Shown: positions 37,501 through 49,500 of the stretch, piece by piece
Numbering within the stretch: the first letter of the stretch is position 1
Layout of the letters: each line of letters starts with the position of its first letter
Source: Phoronis australis
Lineage: Eukaryota > Animalia > Phoronida
Assembly (NCBI GenBank): GCA_002633005.1
Contig: NMRA01000109.1
Coordinates: forward strand, 780,624 to 844,623
DNA: 64,000 bases
Direction of reading: 5' to 3'
Position numbers and translations under genes: made by a program
The notes under the pieces: model-generated
What the model was told of the DNA's origin: nothing
Database searches by the model: none
The model's input: the letters and a program-made list of their open reading frames with translations, nothing else

Positions 37501-40500
37501 TGTTGTATCAGGGGGGCAGTATTTGAAAGGCAACTTACCTCAGGCTTATTTCTATGCTTGCATATTGAACAATCAGCCTCGTGCACTCAATTCGCCTAAC
37601 GTCACCAGGAGATTTTCAACAGCTGCAAGGTCTGTAGTTTTATCGGCACTGATTTTCTGTTTTTACCGAGTCATCCTCAAAAACCCTCAGTTTTCGTATG
37701 AATGCAGAGTCGATCGCCGGTAAGCTACATCATCGACGAGTGTTTCAATGGTCTGACCTGAAGTTGTCGCCGATATGATTTGGCCACCAAAAGTCTCTAT
37801 TTGCTTCAAAACTTCCTTTTTTGCGGCATGGTTTGTGTGTCCCATATCCATGGGATGCTTTCAACTTCGTTTCAGTCTCTTTTGAAATCATACTCCAACA
37901 GTATTTCAAAAAACATCCGATAAAGTACCGATTGAGAACGAAAAACAGCTGCAAAATGGCGCTTGTTACTATGCTGTTTCTATGATCGGAAATAGCCGAA
38001 GTCACCCACGTGACTGGCTCGTCCAATGAAAATGCTAGAAAGTGACGTCATTGCCTATGAATATCCGTTAGCCAATCAAAATGATGAAAACAGCATATTT
38101 TTAGCAGCAGTTCCTGGAAAGTACACGAGTATTATGAATGAACCTAAGGGGAATTCTGAAAATAGAGGTCATGACCTTTCTAACAGTGTACAACATGGCG
38201 GTGTCGGAGATCTGGAACTGCCGTGGACAAGCTGTTGTTTTGGACAAAATTAGGAGACTAAATGCGTTCAAACCAAAATTTTTTGGAAGGGTACGTTTGA
38301 AAAACCGAAGAATTCAATAAAAAGGGTTAGTTTTATCACTTCTTGGACCACAGAATATTGATTTAGGATGATTATACGGATCGAAAATGAGAAAATCTCA
38401 AATTGTCAAAATAACATCAAAAATGGTAAAATCGTTTGTAGCGTCCCACCTTAAACATTAACTGAATCACAACATGCTGTGAACCACCATGGCACCGTTT
38501 AGACAGAATTCAGGGTGTTTAGTGTTCTAAGAACTAATTCACAGTGAGTGAATCCTTGTTTTTTACCAGTTTTAACTGGCTTTCACTGGAAACTGAACAT
38601 GATTTTTTAAGCTTTTGCAGTTTGATTCCCAACATTTCAAGACTTTTCTAATGGCCCTGATTAATTTTTCCGCGATTATTGTCAGAGAACGCATGGTCAC
38701 GTGACTGGGACTGTTTTGTCCCCAGATTACATATCATCATTCATTCTGATGTGTAACATACAAAATGTCGCCTCATTCGTCAAGCTTGGGTCCAGCAAAT
38801 TTAAAGGTGTAACAGACTGACATTGTTGCATACTTTATTGTCTTTCTCACAACTCTTGCACAAGCTCCTTCATAGTTCTTTAAGACCAAATGCCTCCCGA
38901 AATCCACCAAATACTATTCAAGACGGGAAAATTAACCACTCACATCTGTTTTCACCGAGTTTCAAAGGTTTATTCGAAGCGTGTCAAAAACGATTCGTAA
39001 ATTTTCAAGTTGAATCCCAAATAAAGTTTGATGGCTTCAAACCTATGTCTTTACAAGAGAAAACTCCGAGTTCTAAACATCGTAAAGATTTGATTGCTTG
39101 AAAAGTTTACTCGCATCAAAACTCATCACTTCAAATGTAAAATGGCTTACCACTGTAACAACTTCAAGGTCCTTTTTATATGTTCGCTCGGTCATCAACA
39201 GTTCTTTGGCAACATAGTAGGCCTTGTCAGCAGGGTACCTCTAAAACACCAATTGTGGAACCGGTAAATTACTGTGCAACGTATCGAGCAATTGGGAAAG
39301 AAAACGTCCATTGAAAAGACAGAATAAACCACACTTCATCTAAATGGCGAAGTTAAAGCTTCAAACCAGAACAATGCTTATGGAGAGCATTACTTTTTTT
39401 GAAAGCGTTTTTGGTTAATTTGGTACATTTTACTTGTGTAAAAAGTCATTTTGAACCTTTGCTATAAAATAAAATAAAAAATAATTCTTCATAAAACTAT
39501 GACGCTGTGAGTAACGAGTGAAAATATTAGTTGATCAGTGTAACCTATGTTTCTTTCTTGTTTCATTCTGATAACCAAGCTCAATGGGTAAGACGCTCAC
39601 CGATTTTCAGTTATAGCCCTGCTACATAACAATTAGCCGTATGACCTGCGCACTAACGACAGTCCTAATACAGTGTTTCCATTATAGCCCTGCTACATAA
39701 CAATTAGCCATATGACCTGGGCACTAATAACAGTCCTAATACAGTGAATCAGTAAATCAGACACACTAACATTGTTGAAGTTGTAAAACAAAGGGTCACA
39801 TTTTCACATTGATGAAATGTTATTCTTATTCATATGCTTATTTTATAGAGAAGACTCAAACGTAGTAATTAAAATATGTATGGTAAAGTTTCCTCAAATT
39901 TGAACAAAAATAATGGCCAAAATTTTCAGTTTTCAATCTGTTGCCAAAATGTTCAGATTTTCACCACATCTTCAAATAATCAAGTACATTTGTCGTATTG
40001 TTTACTTTTGTTGAAAATTTTGATAATCAAAAATTCTGTTACGAAATATTGTGTTCTAACTAAAAGAAATTTTACCTTAAGTCAAAAAGTTAACATCCCC
40101 TATAACTTGAATATAGCTGATGGAATATATAACCATATAGAATGGGGATTGAATGACTGTGTTTAACGGGGGGGGGGCACAATTCAAGATCTCATTGTAA
40201 AATTATTATTTTTTCCCTTTCGATCCACAAACAGCGAAAGGTGCCGTGTGACTTGTACTTATTCATTTTTACTAGCGATCATTTCTACTAGCGATTTTTG
40301 CATGGCAGTGAAGTTTCCTTGTCACGATTAGGTGTGTGGCGGTCAATTTGAGTATGATTTACGAATGGCGGGGCCAAAAAGGAGCGTGGCGGGCTGCCCA
40401 GAAGTTTACACGCATGGGAACCCTAGATTATAAATAATCATCCGTCTGATATCAGTCTTATCAACATTCATAGCATGATTCATGGAAAATCAGTTTTGAT

Positions 40501-43500
40501 CATTTATCAATGCTCAGTGAGAAGAAATCATACCACCTTGCATGAAAAATTGCATCAACCACATAACATGAATTCTCATCAATCATATTATTCATACATA
40601 TTCATACATATCCATAGAAAAGGTTGATGTGAATTCAGTGTTCTCCACACTCAAAAATTCAAACTGGTCACATGTACAACCACTTTGAAAATTCAAACAG
40701 TATGCAGCACGTGCATATCACAGTGAACACACAAAAATTATACTTTTTGTTCAAAATGAAAAAATTGTGTTGTGTTCTACTTAAACAGGTCAGAGGCAAA
40801 ATCAAACAGGTCGTGGCAACTTCTTATAACAGGTTATAGAGAAAACTGTTTTCTGATAAATTATAACCAATTAAAATTTTCTGTGTACTCATTCATTTAT
40901 TAGTAGTCAACATTTTCAGTCTCACCTTCCTGCGACTTTCCTCTTCTGTTGAATCGCCTTCCCTGGACGGCAGACTACCGGCGCTACCTAGCGAGAACTG
41001 AATTTTACTGGGTGTTTCCTCCGTTGGTGATGTCGTCATGCTAGTCATCTGCAGCTGGTCTGTCAAGCTCGTCATCATCTGCTCTGATGACGAGGTACTT
41101 GTCACGATCACACGATTGTTCTCCTCCGACCGTTCACGTACGTGATTCTCATACTGATAGTCCAAGAGCGGAGGTGGTGGTGTTGGTGGTCTGTCGTCGT
41201 CTGCTTCTGATGAGCGCGACGTCGTCATGGTTACCGCTGTCGTCTGCACCGTGTAATCAACCTCCCCGTATGTGTTGTTGAAGTGATGCTGTGTTTCAAA
41301 CACACTCTCCTCTTTAGCCTCTTTGTGAGGTGACAGGCTCGTCGGACGACTATACATTCGAACCTGCATTGACTCTGCCGCACTCTCGCTCTTGCAGCGC
41401 GGTAGATTCTTGTTGTTTTCAACCTCCTCTCTGAAATGGAAACAAAGGATCCTTTTCCAACAACACACTTCATGTAAATTCATCTGAGGCATTGCTTTAC
41501 ACCATCTCTTCCACATCACTCAAGAGGACTCTAGCTAACATAACTTTGCCACCGGAGTAAGTCGACTTTCCAAAACAACATCCTTAATAAGTTTTGCCTT
41601 ATCCCTCCACAAAACATCAACAAATGACATGGTCTCCCTAAACACTGATGACTGCACTCTGAAGAAAGTTCACATCTAGTTCAGCCAACAATTAGTCATC
41701 CATGCTACAAGCTCTGCCCAATGCCAATAAGTTCAATAGATAAAAACCCTGCCATTCAAAGACTAGAAAAGAAAATGCATCAGACCCAAGTCTGGCCAAT
41801 GACATTAGGATCAGCTGTACAACACAGCAGATAATGTAATTTGACTGGCAGTTAATCACACAGACACACACTGTAATTGGATTACCACTGTCTTTGGTAA
41901 ACACTAGGAGCCAGGACCTATGTTGGGTACATGGCCATGTCTTGTTTCACAACAACACAGTCAAAGGAAAACCGTTACCACAAAGTTATTAGGTACATAC
42001 ATGGAAAAGGCAACAATCAAATTAACAAACCAATTTGAGAAAAAGAGCAGCGATGTGTATAAAGTAATAAAATAAAACACAAACAAGTTGATATTTGCTT
42101 GTAACTTGATTAAGTCCAAACGTCTAGAAAAAATAAAAAATAAACAAAACATTTGCACAACAGTGCTGAAAAACACCCCGGAATTTTTTAAGTAATGTAA
42201 CATTGCAGTGGTCATAACTTTTTAAGTCAGTGCATTTTCAAAAGGAGTTAGTATAAAAAATCTCCCAATTTCGCACAAAAATAATTNTTCATTTCCATGA
42301 TAAAAGTTCATTTGAAATAATAACATGTTCAAACCAATTTGAGAAAAAGAGCAGCGATGTGTATAAAGTAATAAAATAAAACACAAACAAGTTGATATTT
42401 GCTTGTAACTTGATTAAGTCCAAACGTCTAGAAAAAATAAAAAATAAACAAAACATTTGCACAACAGTGCTGAAAAACACCCCGGAATTTTTTAAGTAAT
42501 GTAACATTGCAGTGGTCATAACTTTTTAAGTCAGTGCATTTTCAAAAGGAGTTAGTATAAAAAATCTCCCAATTTCGCACAAAAATAATTGCGATACTAA
42601 CCCTTTTTCCCCAGCTCCTCTAACACTGAATCCCACAATTTCTTCATAATATTGTCTGAAGGTAGCTATGGTATATATAAAGTGTAATTTTGGTGAAACC
42701 TTCATCTTATTACAAAAAATGAGAAACTCAAAATTCACTTACCAGCCTTATCAAGTCCCAAATTGGTGAGAATCCTACACAAAAATAAATAAATGATTGT
42801 TCTGTGAACACCACTCTGCCCTTTATTTGGATGAGAACTTCTTGGGTAGTCACCACTCTTACCCAGTACAGCTATTTTCTCTATTCTAGTGATACCAGCC
42901 CCACCCCCGACCCCAGATACCCACAATCCCAGCCACCCCTCACCCTAGACACTCATGATCTTAACCACCCATGGCCCTAGACACCCATGGCCCAAGCCAA
43001 GTTGAACCTAGACACCCATAACCTTAGTCATCCCTAACCACCCCTGGCCCCAGATACCCCGGACCCCCGCCACCCACGACCCTAACCACCCATGACCCTA
43101 GACACCTCGGACTCGAGCCACCCATGACTCTAGCCAACCACAACCCTAGCCACCCAAGACATGTCCCCCCCTTACCTGGTCTCGTTGCCATGCTGTGGCC
43201 CTAGCTCATCAGGTATATTCTCCAACTCCTCTGTTCTGCGCAGGTGATCTTCAGGTTCTTCTACACGTACAGGTATATTCTCCACTTCATAGCTGCGTGA
43301 CAACCGATGTTCCTCCTCCACCACACGCTCTTCTTCCTTATGATCCAGGTGACTCATGTCAGGTGCGGACAATTTACGGCTGTGTGGTTTCATCACTTGA
43401 CTATAGAGGTCCTCGATGTTCTGCTTCACATCCTCAGCATCTTCGTGATCAACGACGCGAGGCTGCGGTTCAGGTTCAGTTTCATACAAGTGGAGATCGT

Positions 43501-46500
43501 GTCCGTTCATTTCAAGGGGTCTCGCCTCCTCATAAAGGGGAGGCGGCGTCCCCTCTGCCGCACGATCGTAATTTATCGAGGCATAGCCCGGCTCAGCAAG
43601 GGCTCCTGTTGGGGAGATGTACAATATTTTTGGTGATATTTGGTGTTAGCAGTATTGAATTCAGACTCATGCTGCAAATTTCTGTTGGCAAATTCACAAT
43701 CATCAAATCAAATCAAATCACATAAAATCAATATATTGCGTTAAACATGATGTTCTATCTACACCTTGTGGCCTTACTAGATATTGTGACAGCCATCCTA
43801 TCTAGACTTAGAACTTGAATTTCTATTTTCTTCCACTTTGGATAAGATGTTTTTATCATAGAACATGTGATAAGTAATGACATTCAAAAATGACAGGCAA
43901 ACTGGTGATGGGCCATAATTCAAACTTGGTGTCATTAGAAAACTCATACACATCTTGGATTCATTTGTTACAAATGAGAACTAACAGGATTATTGATAGG
44001 CAAGACGGTGGTCAGAACTAGAACCACATCCAATGCAGAAGACTTCATTAATGAAGGTAATTTTCTGAAGAATTCTGGTAAGTGTGTGAGAATGAGCCCA
44101 AATGCCATAGCAGACTTCCGTGCAGTATGTCAGCTGGTGACATGGGACTGATACGCCCGGTTACCTAGCTACAGGAGCAGGGGTAAATACTGACTAGCTA
44201 CAGTAATTCATGAGATATTCCGCACAAAAATAAAACAACAAAATTCACATTTTCCTACTTCTCAGAGACTGACAGCCTTGAAACAATCAAAAATTTCAAA
44301 GCGCAGTGAAACCCTGCAATTAGGATAAAAATTAAATTATTTCTGAGAAATAAAATTCAGATTCCATTTATCCAAAATAGATGATTATTGAACTACGGGA
44401 AAATGCCTCCTTATGAGTTAGAAGAATCAATCTTTGGTCCCATTTGAAGTCCTCACTGGTTCTGGAAAGCTAATCAAATGACAGTTTTTAAATGGGTCGC
44501 AAGAATATTCAGCAAAATCTCTTAATTTCAAGAGTTTTCTCCAAGAAAAAGGAACATGGCATTATAATATTTGCTTACCTCAGAAAACTATCATGAACAT
44601 TACAACTGCTAGTGCGAGACTTACAAGTTTCCACTCAACCAAACTGAAGGCAATTCTTCACTTATTATATAAGCAAAAATTCTTTTTGCCACATTCCTCA
44701 ACAAAAATGAGAATTAATAAAAAGTTTCATTTAATTAATAACACAGTCCATCACGTATAACTGTGACAAAACAACCCTTGCTACAATTTTCATCACCTTT
44801 AACATAGCAGTCAGCCTTTGAAAAGTCAAAAAATTACCATTTTGGCAAAATAAGTCAAGAACTACGTTATACAAACAAGATACTCACTGCAGTCGCAGTA
44901 TTTGAAACCCAGGCACAAGGTAACAAAGGTCACCAGTCTCCTGTGACTGGAGTTCAATTAGTTTATTAGTCTCTAATTCAAAACTTGCAATGTGGTGAAA
45001 TCTCACAAAATTTGGACACATGACAGACAAATGACATATCATTTCAGTTTTTCATAAAAAATGAGTACATCACCAAATAATGCTTCATCATTTTGTCATT
45101 CTTTGGCACAGTAACGCATACCATGTTTCCAGAAATTGTGGGCATTCATAACAAGGTTCAAAGGCATTGAAAATAGAAAAACGTCAACTTTGATACTTAT
45201 TTTTGTCCAAAATTGAAGACATATTACCGAAGCCCGTTACGTGACAATTACCCAACAAAGAAAAAACATTAATTATAGAAAGCAAATTGTTTTTTATTAA
45301 ATGCAAGCAGTAGCTCGGGTAATCACCACAATCAAGCCAACAGACGCTTCTAACTAAATTTGTGCACCAGATTATCATATTAACATGCAAATCTCATGGG
45401 AATTGGAACGTGTCTAGAGAAAGCCACAGATTCCCACACTAATGTCTCCAGCACACTGCTTTCGTCGCATGCAGAAAGCAGCCAATCAGAACGCAACCAA
45501 AACTGTAACAGTAGAGGTCAGCCAGTCAAATCAAACGCTTCATGCCGCAAAGGACTGTGGGAAATGTGGCAATTATTCGTAAACCGCAACCTTATCTACT
45601 GTACTTAATAGCGAGGATCCCTTTCATGTAAGTATTATTGCGCTATAATGCGTGTAATTATAATCACGTTGGTGACAGTAATCACACGTTTCCTTATTAA
45701 TCACAGCTCGACGGTTTAGTTTTGGCGCTTTTGTTGCCTCTTTTGAACTATACGGTGTGCGCATCACACATATTGATTTATCTTGCATCTTCTGTCAATC
45801 ATCAATTGGTAGCGTTATAACTATCTGGGTAACTTGTGTAGGATGTGAAAGGGTCAAATATGGCATCACGCATAAACTTTTACTACAGAGCAAACTATTC
45901 CGTAATAATAGAAAACGCATAGTAATGATTTTCCATTGTACAAGGAAATACAAAGAACAACAGGGCACATATCATGTGACAGAATAAAAACACCTTTTTA
46001 CAAAAAGCCTGTTTATTAAAATCCCACATAATTTACAGGTGTTGTTAATCAGTAACTCTAATTATAACAAATCAACATTACATAAAATAGCTTGGCTGCA
46101 TACTGAAAAGCGCAGAACAAACTTTCTACCAGCAAAACCTCACAACCGCCAGATGATTAGAAAGCAATAAAATTCAAAACCACACGCGCTACGCTTGCTC
46201 CTAAGTTCACAAAAAATTCAAAAACAAAACAAATTCAAAATCAGACTAGAATAAACCTTGCATCAGCATCAAAACAATACAACCGTCACACAAACACGAT
46301 CACAGATTTTTGTAAAATTTGTTATCAATCAAAAAATAAAGATTTTACAACAAGGGATAGCCTATAACTCATTACACTGTTTAGAGTAGTATAGTATAGT
46401 TTAGGACAGATAAGCAGTATTCACAACTACATCCATCAACTACAACACCGATTTTAGATAGAAAAGGAGAGATACTGAACTTCTAATTTCTAAATTCAAT

Positions 46501-49500
46501 CACACCTTCACATAAAAACGACTGATTTTAGAAAGAACTGGAAGCCGACACTTATTTCTACTCCTTCCTCAATCACACCTACACACGTAGATGTTTACAT
46601 AGAAAACAAGAAAAGTTCACACATGCAGACTGAATCATACTCAACTCCTCAATGTTAAACAGTGTTCACTTGGTCTCCACGGAAACTCAACATGCCGTTA
46701 TCAAAATGCGAATGACAATGTATAGCTAACTTTGTAATCGTCTATCCACATGCACGATTCTGTAGTTTTGCATTTTGTATTAATTTCTCAAATATCTTGA
46801 ACAAAAAATCACAGCAGTGACTTACATATCTAATACAGAAAAAGCCACGATTGCATCGCTGATTGTGAGCAAGAAGTTACATGGGCAAGCATGCTTGAAA
46901 AGTGGAAGCATCCTGGTTAGAAATCATGCGACAGAGGGTTAGTGTATTTACACCGACAAAGATTTACGCATTTCTCATCTTTACTAAACCCTTTGACAGC
47001 AGATGATCCTTACATGCTTAGCGTTCAAACTATGCACTTTATTTCATAAGATCAAAAGGTAAAGGCTTCAAAGCAGGAACTTTGATCAGCAGATTTCTAT
47101 GACTGTCAACAGGATCAGTACTGCAGAAGGTCAGAGATTAAGTTGGCACAAGATGGACGAAGGTCAAAATGGCAGAGAAGACTCAAATAGTTAGGCATAC
47201 ATTCCTTGGAACAAATTTATTACCAGGTTTGTAAACACTCCACTTAGAAAAGATTCAAAAGAAAAAAAACAGCAGATTTCTTCCATTTTTATTTGTTAAT
47301 CTCAGAGACAGAAAACTATATAGGAGTTGTTAAGGTGAAAATGTTAATGTGACATTCATACACGACATTACAATACTCAGAAAAACAATATTGATGTTAA
47401 CAAAAGCTAAATAGAGACAAATGTCACAAATATGACAGTCTGTTGCCATGCACACAGTATTTCCTATCAGTGCAGTGCCACCTTTTGAATGCCCATAAAA
47501 CTAATTCAACCATTTTTGTTCAAAGGCTGTACTGTAGCTCATAAAAACTGTTTCTTAAATTTCAGACACAGAAACATCTGAGAAAAGAGACAATTATTAA
47601 CATTTTTTACTCAAAACCCCTTCTTCCCAGTTAAAACATTTCCACAATTCATAAATCTCCTTAATTAAAACTCCTTACATTTTCAAAACTGACAATGTTC
47701 CATAAGTATCTGAAATAAAGGACGTTTTACCACAAGGAATTTTGTGCGCACAGCATGGATATGTCACAGATTATGGTGAGGGCCAAAGCGCATCCTTACA
47801 AGTACGTTTCGAACATTGGTTCAAGACCCATAGCAACAGAGGGCAGTCATACTCACAGTGCTAGCACCTGTATGTGCCAACACGCTACTCGGTTCCAACT
47901 CAGCGTTTTCATTTTCCAAAACGTTTCCCAGTATAAAATTTCCCCCATTTCCACGGAAATTATTTTACCCATAAAGAGCAAACATGTAATAGTACTTCTG
48001 ATGTTGACACAAGGCATAAATGATCGCATAAACTTGCGATACGATTTGCTAAATAATGCTTTTCCACTAGGGTTTATTATTCTTCATTTCCACATAATAC
48101 CCATACATGGAAACCACTTTGTCAATTTCCTTTAGTCACAATCACAGTTGGACTTTAATTGCACAAGATTAGTAACAAATGTCTCACTCATGGCGAGTAA
48201 CACACAAATTAAGATTTCGTTTTTGCATAAAAAGTTATGTTCCACGAATACCGATTTGCTGCTAAAATTGTAAAAATTACCCTAACCATCAATACATGTT
48301 CTGTTCATTTTTCACTTTAAACCAGCATTAAATCTTTCCAACTTTTTCCATGATCCACCACCGAATGTTACCGTTTCTGTTGGAAAGTCGTTTTCGAACA
48401 CTAAATCAAGGAAACCAGAAAAAAAAACAAAAGATGGCAGCAATAATTGCTGTAAAAACCATGTCCATAAATCAAGGTATGTAAGATGAAACGAAATACT
48501 CTACAATAAAAACAACCTATGTTCAAAACTGAAAAAAGATAACATCCTACCTAAGCAATAAACAAAGCACCAAAAATGCGAAAATGAGACAGTGCCCCTA
48601 GATTTCTTCAAATAGTATGCATAAAAAACAGTATTATGGAAGAACAACTTTTTAACCTCCGTTTCTGATTGCATATATCTTTTAGCAGCATACGTTAGTG
48701 AAACAACTGTCTACCAAGCTTCAAGTATTGCCTATTCTCTAAAAATTGCAAGCAAAGCCTAAATTTCACAAGACAAGTTGACAAAAATGCTGGTTCAAGT
48801 CTAAGATTAGTAGAAGACTAGCAAACAATGCAGCGCAAGCTTACTAAATGTGGGTGTACACTCATCCCAGCACGCTACAGGTCTGATAAGAGTTTGAAAC
48901 AAAATGGAGAATAAAATAGGAAGGAAAACAGTAGGCAGAAGCAAGTTAATAATAACAACAAAAGATCTTGAAACAATTTCCGTCCTGTTTATTTTTCAAG
49001 GATGATTTCTCAGTCTCGCTCATCGTCCAAACGAGCTAAACGTGTACTTTGGCACGTCTTGCCCTGGATTTTGAACTTGGTTGAAATTTGAATCGGCATA
49101 CGGGTTGCTGTAAAAGCCGCCGTTGGTCACTGGCGGCACGTCATGGACTGGCGTCAAGCCATCACCACGGTCACAGCCATCACTACTCTGTGACGAGTCG
49201 GAGCTACTGGTGCTGCCATCTCTGGAATGTTGCAGGTTTTCCAGACACTCGAGCTGGTTTTTTGACTCCTCCTGGCTAGTTTCCAGCTCACTACTGGCAG
49301 ACGAGCTGCCACCAGACAAACCACGTTCTTTAATTGGGGATATTGCTGACACCGTCGTCGAGGTCACTGTCGTCGTCACCATGGTGACCGGTCTAAAAGT
49401 GGACAAACAAGGCACAGGAGACGGCTCTCCCGGCGACCTAAATGAACTCACGCCAGGGGAAGGACACGTCGTCATTGCTTGATCAGACGTTTGCTCGGGG

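Noticed and set aside
41961-42519. Two identical hydrophobic minus-strand ORFs (MTTAMLHY...)
   Set aside because: Products of the AT-rich duplicated segment at the N gap, not a gene pair.
43195-43725. 176-aa plus-strand ORF
   Set aside because: Antisense shadow of FARP exon 43176-43605.
44573-44592. AG|TTTTCTGAG|gtaagc 9-nt microexon candidate on minus
   Set aside because: Introduces an in-frame TGA in phase 1 and lacks a pyrimidine tract.
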